Source: Pseudothermotoga sp.
GTDB lineage: Bacteria > Thermotogota > Thermotogae > Thermotogales > DSM-5069
Reading direction: 5' to 3' (one strand)
NCBI GenBank assembly: GCA_031962025.1
Contig: JAVRKW010000001.1
DNA length: 64,000 nucleotides
Below are positions 9,896-20,449 of the stretch, one piece after another. The notes under the pieces were generated by a model. The model ran no database searches, was not told the origin of the DNA, and saw only the letters and a program-made list of their open reading frames with translations. Made by a program: the position numbers and the translations under genes. The first letter of the stretch is position 1; each line of letters begins with the position of its first letter.

Positions 9896-10823
9896 CTTTT
9901 CCACCCCCATCTGTGATTTGATGCTGTGATAATCCGTATGCTTCGTGCTCCACATTTCCAATTGGCTCCACATGGACCATTACATCGACAATTCTATCGT
10001 TTTGTTCAATTATAGCTTTTTTAACTGCAGTTGCAATGTCATGACCCTGCTGAACTGTTATTCCTCCGCTGACTTCTATGTCCATATCGACAAAGTATTT
10101 GTATCCGACCTGTCTCACTCTAACCTTATGAGGATTAACAGCTCCCTGTACTTTTTTAACAGCTTTGAAGATTTGATCGTAAATATCAAAATTTGTCATG
10201 CCGTCCATTAATTCGTAACTCGTCTCTTTGAAGATTTCAAATGCTGTTCTTATGATCATTATGGATATGATCAAAGCTACTATTCCGTCTACCCACAGAA
10301 GACCAAATTTGTTCAGAATAACACCGACAAAAACCGTTGAAGAAATGAGGATATCGTTTCTCATGTTCAGTGCGTCTGCAATGAATGCATAACTTCCTAT
10401 TCTTTTTCCTACACTGTATTTGTAGATGAAAAGCCACGTTTTCACTGCTACAGAGATGAGTGAGACGATCAATGGAAGTACACCGACGATCAAATTGTGC
10501 TTGCCGATTATTATTCTTTTGATCGATGAGATCATCAAATTTGCTCCAGCGTAGAAAATGACAAAGGAAACGACCTTTGCCGCTATTGCTTCGACCCTTT
10601 CGTGACCGTAGGGATGTGTCTTATCAGGAGGTCGGTTTGATATCTTACTCGAGACCAGTGTCACCAGAGAAGTGAAGATATCGGTTGATGTGTCGATTCC
10701 ATCTGCAAGTACAGACATACTTTTGAAAAACAATCCAACAAAGATTTTCATTACCGCTAAAATAGCGTTTGCAAACACACCAATCCAAGCAGCTTTTGAA
10801 GAGATCTTGTTCCTGTTTTCCAT
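9879..10823 (-). CDS. Cation diffusion facilitator (CDF/FieF-like) transporter
   Basis: ADGIDT..D, HPYGHERVE, ADALNMRND, C-terminal VMVHVEP dimerisation domain. Confidence 0.92.
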   Translation of the reverse strand: MENRNKISSKAAWIGVFANAILAVMKIFVGLFFKSMSVLADGIDTSTDIFTSLVTLVSSKISNRPPDKTHPYGHERVEAIAAKVVSFVIFYAGANLMISSIKRIIIGKHNLIVGVLPLIVSLISVAVKTWLFIYKYSVGKRIGSYAFIADALNMRNDILISSTVFVGVILNKFGLLWVDGIVALIISIMIIRTAFEIFKETSYELMDGMTNFDIYDQIFKAVKKVQGAVNPHKVRVRQVGYKYFVDMDIEVSGGITVQQGHDIATAVKKAIIEQNDRIVDVMVHVEPIGNVEHEAYGLSQHQITDGGGKVDTQR

Positions 10824-10840
10824 TCTATCACCTGTCAAAT

Positions 10841-10864
10841 AAGGCGCGGCTTAAACCGCGCCTT
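10841..10864 (-). terminator. Probable intrinsic terminator downstream of eno
   Basis: AAGGCGCGG-N6-CCGCGCCTT hairpin about 35 nt after the eno stop. Confidence 0.65.
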
Positions 10865-10899
10865 GATTTTATTGATTATGATTATAACACTATTCTTAC

Positions 10900-12195
<1,296 letters not shown>

Positions 12196-12897
12196 TCAAT
12201 CAGGTAATATGATACTACCAATATTTTCTCCACGGACAGCTTTTAACAGAGCTCCATCTTGAAAGAAATTCAAAACTATTATGGGAAGTCTGTATCTACC
12301 GCAGATGGAAAAAGCTTCCATATCCATAACTTTCAACCCGAGTTTTATTGCCTGCTGATAAGAGATTTTTTCAAATCTATGAGCTATACTGTTCTTTTTC
12401 GGATCGGTGTCGTAAACGCCGTCAACCTTCGTTGCTTTTATCAAAACAGATGCTCCCATTTCAACAGCCCTAAGCGCTGCTGCTGTGTCTGTTGTAAAGA
12501 ATGGATTACTTGTTCCACCGGCAAAGATAACAACGTAACCTGCGTCGAAATAGAGATTTATGTCATCGTAATGAATGGGTCTGATCGATGGTAAGGAAGA
12601 TATTTGCGAAACCACGACACATTTGATGCCATGCTTTTCAAGAGCTCCTTTCAGATACAGACCGTTTATTACTGTACCGAGCATACCTATCTGATCTGCC
12701 AGTGAATGCGGTATCTCTGACAGCTCTTCACCCCTGAATATATTCCCGGCGCCTATCACAATTCCAACATTCGTACCGTAGTCCACAACTTGAGATATTT
12801 GCTTTACCAGATAATCTATGTTGGTCTGATCAAATCCCCTTGATCCTTCCCCGCACATTACCTCCCCGCTGAGTTTTATCAGTACCTTTTTGTACAT
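12196..12897 (-). CDS. pyrH: Uridylate kinase
   Basis: KLSGE, GAGNIFRG, PFFTTDTAAALRA, KVDGVY..DPK. Confidence 0.97.
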   Translation of the reverse strand: MYKKVLIKLSGEVMCGEGSRGFDQTNIDYLVKQISQVVDYGTNVGIVIGAGNIFRGEELSEIPHSLADQIGMLGTVINGLYLKGALEKHGIKCVVVSQISSLPSIRPIHYDDINLYFDAGYVVIFAGGTSNPFFTTDTAAALRAVEMGASVLIKATKVDGVYDTDPKKNSIAHRFEKISYQQAIKLGLKVMDMEAFSICGRYRLPIIVLNFFQDGALLKAVRGENIGSIILPD

Positions 12898-12971
12898 TTT
12901 AGATCCCTCCCAGAAGATTTTATCAGAGATATTCTCAGCAGGAAGAAGTTTGTTGTTACTTTAATATGACC

Positions 12972-13000
12972 TTGACTAAAATTGAATTGAAATATAAAAT
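12972..13000 (+). promoter_or_regulatory. Sigma-A type promoter for the DUF2089 operon
   Basis: TTGACT-17 bp-TAAAAT. Confidence 0.6.
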
Positions 13001-13041
13001 ATATTCAAGTACAGTTGAAAAAATTGAAAGGAGAGATTTCA

Positions 13042-13416
13042 ATGGCTCGAGTCATTTCAAAATGTCCAATTTGTGGATCGAATCTTGTTGTAACAGAGCT
13101 GAGCTGTCCATCCTGTAATACAGTGATAAAGGGTAAATTTGAACTTGAAGAATTCTTCAGGCTCACACCAGACCAGTTGAATTTTCTGAGGATTTTTATC
13201 AAAGTAAGAGGCAATTTGAGTGATTTGCAAAAGGAGCTTGGAATATCATACCCAACTGCAAAATCAAGACTGGAAGGGATCGTCAAGACACTTGGTTATG
13301 AAGCGCAGGAAGTTGAGGAAGAGAAACAGGTTGATGAACTACTGGACAAACTTGAAAAAGGCGAGATTTCGGCACAGGAGGCACTCGAGAAAATCAGGAG
13401 GTTGAGGGAGCAGTGA
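13042..13416 (+). CDS. DUF2089 family zinc-ribbon/HTH protein with SHOCT-like C-terminus
   Basis: CPICG...CPSC, GNLSDLQKELGISYPTAKSRL, LEKGEISAQEA. Confidence 0.85.
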   Translation: MARVISKCPICGSNLVVTELSCPSCNTVIKGKFELEEFFRLTPDQLNFLRIFIKVRGNLSDLQKELGISYPTAKSRLEGIVKTLGYEAQEVEEEKQVDELLDKLEKGEISAQEALEKIRRLREQ

Positions 13417-13637
13417 AGATAGCGCTCGCCATAACCGGTGTGATAGGAGCACTTTTGTTGATGTACATAGGTTCAAAACTCCTTCAGATGAAAGTGAAGT
13501 CCGTTACGCTCGTGTATGCTTTTTTTGTGGGTTTGTATGCTCTGTTTTTGATCATCGGGAACATAGTGCCCATCATCGTGTATCTTGCAGGTGAACTGGT
13601 TGTTATATGGGTTATTGTGATCTTCATGGGCTTTTAA
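13413..13637 (+). CDS. Small integral membrane protein
   Basis: About 3 hydrophobic segments; GTGA overlap with the upstream gene. Confidence 0.65.
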   Translation: MKIALAITGVIGALLLMYIGSKLLQMKVKSVTLVYAFFVGLYALFLIIGNIVPIIVYLAGELVVIWVIVIFMGF

Positions 13638-13640
13638 GGG

Positions 13641-14453
13641 GTGAGAACGGTGGAAAGACAGTCAATTGATTTTACAAAGATCAGAAAGCTTATAGTGAAA
13701 ATCGTGGACAGCGACGTGAAAATACTCGGCACTCAGTCGGCGGACACTTATATTCTTTACCAATCGCAGCCACCTTCCTTGGAGTATAAAGATGATACAT
13801 TGATAATAAGCACTAAGGATAAGCATTTCTCATTGCTCGGTCCTGTGATATTTGGTCTGCAAAGCTCACAGGAAAGCATGGAACTCGTGGTGCCCTGTGA
13901 GCTGAAAGAGCTGATGGTCAGTGGGGTTTCCTCGGATGTTACGATACATTCAATGAAAGGTGAAGCTTTATCTGTAAAGACCGTCTCAGGAGACATTTCA
14001 ATGGACAGCGTGGAATTTTCTGACTGCCAGATAAAGACCGTTTCTGGGGATATCACAATGGATTCGCCGAAAATTGCCAGGCTTGTTTTTTCCAGTGTTA
14101 GTGGAGATCTGAACATAAAGAATCTGGTGTGCCAGAACAGCGAATGGATTGTGAGCACCACAAGCGGAGATTTGACCATGGAAACGGTCGGTGTGCCGAA
14201 TGTGAGATTGACTATGAGAACAGCGAGCGGTGAATTGAATACCAACGTTGGCTATACACGCGAGGGTAGAGATTACCTTTTTGGTGATGGCAGGATGAAA
14301 GTAACTGTCAGCACGGCTTCAGGCGATGTGGATATCAGGTCAACAAACAGAACCGAGAGATCTGATGGTATAGAAAAGAAAATTCTGCGCCTTGTGGCAA
14401 GTGGTAAGTTAACTTACGAGCAGGCAAAACAGATTTTAGATGAACTGAGTTGA
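13641..14453 (+). CDS. DUF4097 beta-strand repeat protein with SHOCT-like tail
   Basis: Repeated (T/S)(V/T/A)SG(D/E) units; C-terminal ILRLVASGKLTYEQAKQIL. Confidence 0.85.
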   Translation: MRTVERQSIDFTKIRKLIVKIVDSDVKILGTQSADTYILYQSQPPSLEYKDDTLIISTKDKHFSLLGPVIFGLQSSQESMELVVPCELKELMVSGVSSDVTIHSMKGEALSVKTVSGDISMDSVEFSDCQIKTVSGDITMDSPKIARLVFSSVSGDLNIKNLVCQNSEWIVSTTSGDLTMETVGVPNVRLTMRTASGELNTNVGYTREGRDYLFGDGRMKVTVSTASGDVDIRSTNRTERSDGIEKKILRLVASGKLTYEQAKQILDELS

Positions 14454-14490
14454 GCTGTGGTATCATTGGAGCACACAGGAGGTGTGCTCT

Positions 14491-16263
14491 GTGGGAAAAT
14501 TCATAAGAACGGCTTTGCTGATCTTTTTCTTCGGTTTAGCAACTTTTGGTATCATCGTTAGCTTTGTCGACAGGTTCACATCTTCCATTTTTGAGCTACC
14601 CGAAAGGACATATTCGATACTGGTCAATGAAAATGGCTCTGCAGATGTTGTGGAAACAGTTACCTACAAACTCAAAAAACCTTTTCGATATGTCAGCTGG
14701 GCTGTAGATTTTGATAGACCCACCAGGATATCTAATTTCAACTTTGAAATTCTTCAGGGGCCACCGTTGCAAACAGGACCATTTTACGATACGAAAAACG
14801 AAAACAGCATAAACCTGAGGCTGATTTTCAGCAGATCCATGAATGAATACCTCACAGTGCCAAAAGATGGTTTGATTATAAAAGTGGCATTTTCATACCA
14901 CCTGGAAGATTTGCTCATAGAAGGACAGGACTTCACGCAATTGTTTGTGAAATACATAGGTACTGGTACCTCTGTTCGAACACAATCTCTGAAGGTTCGT
15001 GTGAGTTTTCCAGAGAAATTCCCAAAACCAATCGTCTACCATCACCCGTGGGGGCTTCAGGTTAAGAGCAGTATGATCAGTCCGAACATCTATGAGGCTG
15101 AGTTCAGAAACGTTCCAGCAAACTGCTTTGTGGAAGGAAGGTTTGTCTTTCCAAATTTGCTCAGAACAGGTACTCAATACATGATGAAATCAATAAATCT
15201 TTCACAGATAAAAGACATCGAGCGATCTTATTCGATCAAGACTCTGTTGATTGTAACGGGAAGCATAGCCTACCTGTTTCTTGTTATAGCTGTTCCTGTT
15301 GTTCTATACAGGAAATTTGGTAAAGAGCAATCAATACAGTACGATTCACTTTACGAAAGAGAGATTCCTTATAACGATCCTCCAGAGGTTGTCAATGCCA
15401 TCGTCAAAAAGATCTGCTCGCATCCAGACGATGATGCGATAGCCGCTGCGATACTCAATTGTGTGAAAAAAGGCGATGTTGAACTGCTCGAAAATGAGAA
15501 AAAAGAAGTTATCGGCTTGAAAATAGTCAGAGTCAATCGGGAAAATCAAGATCTTCTGGAAGCCTTCAGGATGTTTGAAAAAGACGGTGTTGTTGATTTC
15601 AAGATCATCAAAAAGCTGTTGAAAGATCAGGCCAACGCGCAGAGATTTCTCAAAGCAATCAATAAATGGAGAGACAGTGTGTACCACCAAGCCGCTGGAA
15701 AAAATTATCTGATCACCACAGGTAACACCTTAGCCAAATTTTTTGGCATCGTTTTTGGTATTCTCATTCCGATATTTGTGATCCTTGGGTTGTCGAAGGT
15801 TCCTGAAGGTTATGAAATAGTTTCAAGGTACTCGATGATGCTTATGGGAGCATCTATTGTAATAGGAACAGTTGTGCTTTTTATGAAAAAAACAGTTTTT
15901 TCACGCTGGACTTCAGATGGATTACTGTATTATTTGAGATGGAAAAACTTTGAAAAATTCATAACGGACTTTTCCGCGCTGTCGACATATCCTCCCCAGT
16001 CGATAGCCATCTGGGATGATTACATAGTCTATGCAACTGCACTTGGTGTGGCAAAACAGGTTGTAAATAACCTCAGAAAACTGTACCCCGAACCACCATC
16101 AACTCCCGTAGCCTCGAAGGTTTATTATTCACCCATGTTAATGGCTGATCTTTCTTCTTTCAGGAGTATGGCAGTTTCTGCTGTTTCAAGTTCTGGTGGA
16201 TCTGGTTCAAGTGGGGGTAGAGTAGGTGGAGGGTCTGGCGGCAGCAGGGTGGGCGCAGGATGA
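14491..16263 (+). CDS. DUF2207 family membrane protein
   Basis: ENGSADVVET, WKNFEKFITD, WDDYIVYATALGVA, Gly/Ser-rich tail. Confidence 0.88.
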   Translation: MGKFIRTALLIFFFGLATFGIIVSFVDRFTSSIFELPERTYSILVNENGSADVVETVTYKLKKPFRYVSWAVDFDRPTRISNFNFEILQGPPLQTGPFYDTKNENSINLRLIFSRSMNEYLTVPKDGLIIKVAFSYHLEDLLIEGQDFTQLFVKYIGTGTSVRTQSLKVRVSFPEKFPKPIVYHHPWGLQVKSSMISPNIYEAEFRNVPANCFVEGRFVFPNLLRTGTQYMMKSINLSQIKDIERSYSIKTLLIVTGSIAYLFLVIAVPVVLYRKFGKEQSIQYDSLYEREIPYNDPPEVVNAIVKKICSHPDDDAIAAAILNCVKKGDVELLENEKKEVIGLKIVRVNRENQDLLEAFRMFEKDGVVDFKIIKKLLKDQANAQRFLKAINKWRDSVYHQAAGKNYLITTGNTLAKFFGIVFGILIPIFVILGLSKVPEGYEIVSRYSMMLMGASIVIGTVVLFMKKTVFSRWTSDGLLYYLRWKNFEKFITDFSALSTYPPQSIAIWDDYIVYATALGVAKQVVNNLRKLYPEPPSTPVASKVYYSPMLMADLSSFRSMAVSAVSSSGGSGSSGGRVGGGSGGSRVGAG

Positions 16264-16355
16264 TTTAGAAATTAGAAAATTATTAAAAATTTAAAGTTAA
16301 ATGGCAAATACGATTTAGAATCCATTTGAATCAACACAGAATGGAGGGTTGTATC

Positions 16356-17363
16356 GTGAGAAAAGTATTCGTGCTGTTTTTGGTTTCAACCGTTGTTCTC
16401 ATGTTCGCTGGTATTGTTGATGTGATCGAACTTGCAAAGCAAAACAGTGTCACTTATCTAAAGGCTGTACTGAATTTTGAGCAGGCAAAAAACGACTACG
16501 ACAAGGCTATGATCGAAGCAAAAAACAAAAGACAGCAGCTTGTCGCACAAAAATCATGGCTTCAAGCCCAGCAGACCTATAACCAGTCCATGAAGAGTTT
16601 CTACAATGAATTTTTTGACGCTTACATCGGCGTGCTTGAGAACACCCTGCAAGTTCAAATTGCTCAGAACAAATTGCAGATAGCTGAGATTGATTTCAAA
16701 CAAACTCAAGAGCTGTACAAAACAGGAGCCGCGACATTGCAGGATCTTCAAAGTGCGAGCTCAACTCGACTTGGATCGCAGGCAAGCCTTGATGAAGCGA
16801 AATTGAGCCTGGATCAATCCAAGCAAGACCTTCTGATTCTCTTAGGCAAAGATGTGCAGATTATAGATCCTTCATCAATCAACATCGATGTGAAACTACC
16901 TTCGATTGACAAATTGCTTGAAGAATCACTTGCCATTCAAATTGCGCAGATCGATGTCGATGTGGCTCAGATGGATTATGATAGCCTTGTGAATCCATCA
17001 GCTTACACAAAGAACAAGTACGAAAGAGTATTGAAAATAGCTCAAAATGAGCTCAAAAACACTCAAAACAGCACAAAAAAATCTTATCAGTCACTGCTTT
17101 TGACAACTGAGAACCTCAAAAAGACCATTCAGGCTCAGAGAGAGACTGTCAGTGTGGCAAAATCTCAGCTTGAGAGTGCCGAGAACAACTACAAGGTGGG
17201 TGTCGCTTCTGAAAAAGATTTGCTTGAAGCCAGAAACACCTACTTCACAGCTCAAAAAACCTTGCTCGGCTACATAAAATCTTTTCTGAAAAACCTCTGT
17301 TCGCTCTACCTTGATGCGAATCTGGATTATCAGCAACTGCTCTCTTCTATCTTTGGCGGGTGA
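16356..17363 (+). CDS. TolC/OEP-like helical exported protein (apparently lacks barrel strands)
   Basis: Signal peptide; two OEP-like repeats (LYKTGAATLQDL; NYKVGVASEKDLLEA). Confidence 0.75.
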   Translation: MRKVFVLFLVSTVVLMFAGIVDVIELAKQNSVTYLKAVLNFEQAKNDYDKAMIEAKNKRQQLVAQKSWLQAQQTYNQSMKSFYNEFFDAYIGVLENTLQVQIAQNKLQIAEIDFKQTQELYKTGAATLQDLQSASSTRLGSQASLDEAKLSLDQSKQDLLILLGKDVQIIDPSSINIDVKLPSIDKLLEESLAIQIAQIDVDVAQMDYDSLVNPSAYTKNKYERVLKIAQNELKNTQNSTKKSYQSLLLTTENLKKTIQAQRETVSVAKSQLESAENNYKVGVASEKDLLEARNTYFTAQKTLLGYIKSFLKNLCSLYLDANLDYQQLLSSIFGG

Positions 17364-17369
17364 TCTAAC

Positions 17370-18671
17370 ATGAAAAAAATTCTGATCTTGTTTTTGTTGA
17401 TACCACTTTTGTCATTCGCAGGTTTTTTTGATCTTGTGCAGGAGCAACTTCAAAAAGACAGTTCTTATCTTTCTGCTGTTATAAAGTACAAAAACGCCGA
17501 GTTCAATTTGTCAAAAACCAGGAATGTCTTTATACCTTATGTGGGTACTGATAAATTGTCTGTTACAACAGATTTTGAGAATTACACAGTGTCTATTCCG
17601 ATTTCCATCGTTTTTCAGAACATCGCGGGGTTTGATTTTGCCATTTCAAATAGCTGGACCTACTCGAGTGAAGGCGAAAAATGGGACGACAGCGGCTGGG
17701 CTTTGAGAATTTCAAGGGAACTTTTCTCCAAATGGGATATTACAGACTTACAGAACCAGCAAGAATACACTTCTGCAGCCTGGGATTTGACTGATGCACG
17801 AAACAAGGTTTTTGTGGATCTTGCAAATGACGTTTTCAATTATCATTATTACACAAGAAAACTGGATATCACAAAACAGAAGATAAAGATTCTGGAAGAT
17901 CAGTTTAATTCTTTACAAAAGGCGTACGAGGCTGGCACTGCATCAAAAGAAGATATACTGCAGGTTCAGAGCAATATCTACCAGATGACAAATCAGCTTG
18001 ATCAAATCAGTCAGAATCTCACAGGAGCTCTTACGGGGTATTCCACTGATACGCTTAATACGATGATCGCCTGCCTTGAGAGGATTACAGCCAGCCTGCC
18101 AGATGAGCAACAAGCAGAGAAACTCGTTATGAACCGGCTTGATTTGAAAGCCCAGTTGATGGCAGTTGAAATTGCAAAACGTAAAAACGAAAGGGCTTAT
18201 CAGGAATGGCTGCCAAATCCAACTTTTTCATTCACAGTCAAACAGGATAAGAACTCGGAAAGCGGATATTCTTTCTCACTCGGCTTTGGATTTGGCTACA
18301 ACATACTCGACCGCGGAGAGAAAAATTACGCATACAATTCTGCCAAGGATTCATATTCACTGGAGCAACGCATACTCGATGAAAAAATAGATAACTTGAG
18401 AAAAGCCGTGCGAAAAGCTTTTCTTTCGATAAGAATTGCTGAATCATCGAAAAAAGTAGCCGAACTCAATTTACAACTGAAAAAGATGGAGTATGAAAAT
18501 ACCCTGAATGCTTCTTCTTTCGTATCAGAAAGTGATCTTGAGAGTGCAAAATTAGATCTGAATGATGCTGAAACAGAGCTTTTCAAGGCAAATTACAATC
18601 TGTTGATCGCTAAGATCAATTTACTCCAGACGCTTGGTGTTGATCTTGTTCAAATCGCGGGAGGTAACTGA
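17370..18671 (+). CDS. TolC family outer-membrane efflux protein
   Basis: Signal peptide, AYEAGTASKEDILQ, NRLDL, WLPNPTFSF amphipathic strands. Confidence 0.85.
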   Translation: MKKILILFLLIPLLSFAGFFDLVQEQLQKDSSYLSAVIKYKNAEFNLSKTRNVFIPYVGTDKLSVTTDFENYTVSIPISIVFQNIAGFDFAISNSWTYSSEGEKWDDSGWALRISRELFSKWDITDLQNQQEYTSAAWDLTDARNKVFVDLANDVFNYHYYTRKLDITKQKIKILEDQFNSLQKAYEAGTASKEDILQVQSNIYQMTNQLDQISQNLTGALTGYSTDTLNTMIACLERITASLPDEQQAEKLVMNRLDLKAQLMAVEIAKRKNERAYQEWLPNPTFSFTVKQDKNSESGYSFSLGFGFGYNILDRGEKNYAYNSAKDSYSLEQRILDEKIDNLRKAVRKAFLSIRIAESSKKVAELNLQLKKMEYENTLNASSFVSESDLESAKLDLNDAETELFKANYNLLIAKINLLQTLGVDLVQIAGGN

Positions 18672-18672
18672 G

Positions 18673-19731
18673 ATGAGAAAGAACATTGCGACCTACATAC
18701 TGATATCTGTTTCGATCTTATTTTTGTTTCTCTGGTCCTGTAATAGAAATGTGCAGCAATCTTCAGCCACCACTTCTTCAACAGAGTATACAGTAAAAAG
18801 GACTAATTTGGTTGATACTGTGACTGTTTCTGGAACAATCAAAGCCGAGAGTTCTGCCCAAGTGCAGGCACTGGTGAGCGGAGTTGTCAAAAAGATATAC
18901 GTCAAAGAAGGTGACACGGTAAAGGCTGGGGATTTGTTGATAGAGCTGGATGATTCTGACTATAGACTTTCTTATTTAAAGGCACTTCAAAATTATGAAC
19001 TGGCGAAAAATTCAGGCTCGAAACTGCTCATTGAGCAGCGCCAACTTGAGCTTGAAATCGCAAAAAGAGATCTTGATAGATGTAAAATCACCTCTCCAGT
19101 GAGTGGTATAGTGACGGCATTGAATGTTGAAGTCAACGACTATGTCTCAAAGGGAACAGCTGTCGATGTAGTGGCAAGAGTCGTGAATGTTGAAAATCTG
19201 TATGTATCTGCTGCCGTTGAAGAAATGGATTATTCAAAGGTAAAAGTTGGTCAAACAGCTTTTTTAACCTTTGAAGCATTTGAAGGAGTGAAATTTCCCG
19301 CAAAGGTGACATATGTTGGAAGTGAAGCACAAAATTCAGGTGGAATAGTCACAATTCCGATAAAACTGAGCTTGATCTTTCCAAAATCTGTGGGAGCTGG
19401 TGCAAATAGAATGGAAGAATTGATGAACAAAATAATACCTGGTCTTTGCTGTGAGGCTGAAATAACCGTTTTGAGCAAGACAAATGTGATAGTTGTTCCA
19501 GTCGGTGCAATTACTTATGAATCAGGTAAGGCTTATGTCACGGTGAAAAACGCAGACAAAACTGAAAAAAGGCAGGTTACCGTAGGAGAAAGATTCTCAA
19601 GTGGATATGAGATCTTAGACGGCTTGAAAGAAGGGGAAGTGATTATCATAAACAGAACATCATCTTCTTCTAACAATACTCAGCGAATAGTAATTCCAAT
19701 GGGTGGATCGGCACCAATCCCTAGACGATAG
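18673..19731 (+). CDS. Efflux periplasmic adaptor (MacA/HlyD-like MFP)
   Basis: SGVVKKIYVKEGDTVKAGDLL, ITSPVSG, VPVGAI, GLKEGEVI. Confidence 0.92.
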   Translation: MRKNIATYILISVSILFLFLWSCNRNVQQSSATTSSTEYTVKRTNLVDTVTVSGTIKAESSAQVQALVSGVVKKIYVKEGDTVKAGDLLIELDDSDYRLSYLKALQNYELAKNSGSKLLIEQRQLELEIAKRDLDRCKITSPVSGIVTALNVEVNDYVSKGTAVDVVARVVNVENLYVSAAVEEMDYSKVKVGQTAFLTFEAFEGVKFPAKVTYVGSEAQNSGGIVTIPIKLSLIFPKSVGAGANRMEELMNKIIPGLCCEAEITVLSKTNVIVVPVGAITYESGKAYVTVKNADKTEKRQVTVGERFSSGYEILDGLKEGEVIIINRTSSSSNNTQRIVIPMGGSAPIPRR

Positions 19732-19747
19732 GAAAGCGGGTGCAAAG

Positions 19748-20449
19748 ATGGATGTCATAATAAATGTTGAGAATATCCGAAAAACATATAAAATGGGAGA
19801 TAACATAGTCAAAGCTGTGGATGGTGTAACATTGAGTGTTTTTAACGGAGAATATCTGGTGATCATGGGTCCGTCTGGAAGTGGCAAGACCACGCTGATG
19901 CACTTGATGGGATGTCTTGACAAACCAGATTCCGGTGAAATCTATTTAGCAGGTCAGAAAGTTTCACAGCTCAGTGATAGAGATCTTGCCAAGGTGAGAA
20001 ACAAAATGATTGGTTTTGTCTTTCAACAGTTCAACCTTTTACCACGTTTGACGGCACTTGAAAATGTAGAACTTCCAATGATTTACGCAGGTGTACCAAG
20101 AGCAATCAGGCGAAAAAGAGCAAAGGAACTTTTGGCAATGGTCGGACTTTCTGAAAGAATGGAGCACAAGCCAACACAGCTTTCTGGTGGGCAGATGCAA
20201 AGAGTTGCAATAGCAAGAGCACTTGCAAATAAACCACAGATTATTCTTGCCGATGAACCAACGGGGAATCTGGACAGTAAAAGTGGGGCTGAAATACTCA
20301 AAATCTTCTCAGATCTGCATTCAGATGGTCTAACCATAATCGTCGTAACGCACGATCCTGAAGTGGCTGAAAACGGCGAGCGTGTGATCCACATGAGAGA
20401 TGGAAAGATAGTATCCCAAGAGGTGAGAACAAGTGTTGGAAATGCTTAA
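19748..20449 (+). CDS. ABC transporter ATP-binding protein (MacB/LolD-like)
   Basis: GPSGSGKTT, LSGGQMQRVAIARAL, ADEPTGNLD. Confidence 0.95.
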   Translation: MDVIINVENIRKTYKMGDNIVKAVDGVTLSVFNGEYLVIMGPSGSGKTTLMHLMGCLDKPDSGEIYLAGQKVSQLSDRDLAKVRNKMIGFVFQQFNLLPRLTALENVELPMIYAGVPRAIRRKRAKELLAMVGLSERMEHKPTQLSGGQMQRVAIARALANKPQIILADEPTGNLDSKSGAEILKIFSDLHSDGLTIIVVTHDPEVAENGERVIHMRDGKIVSQEVRTSVGNA

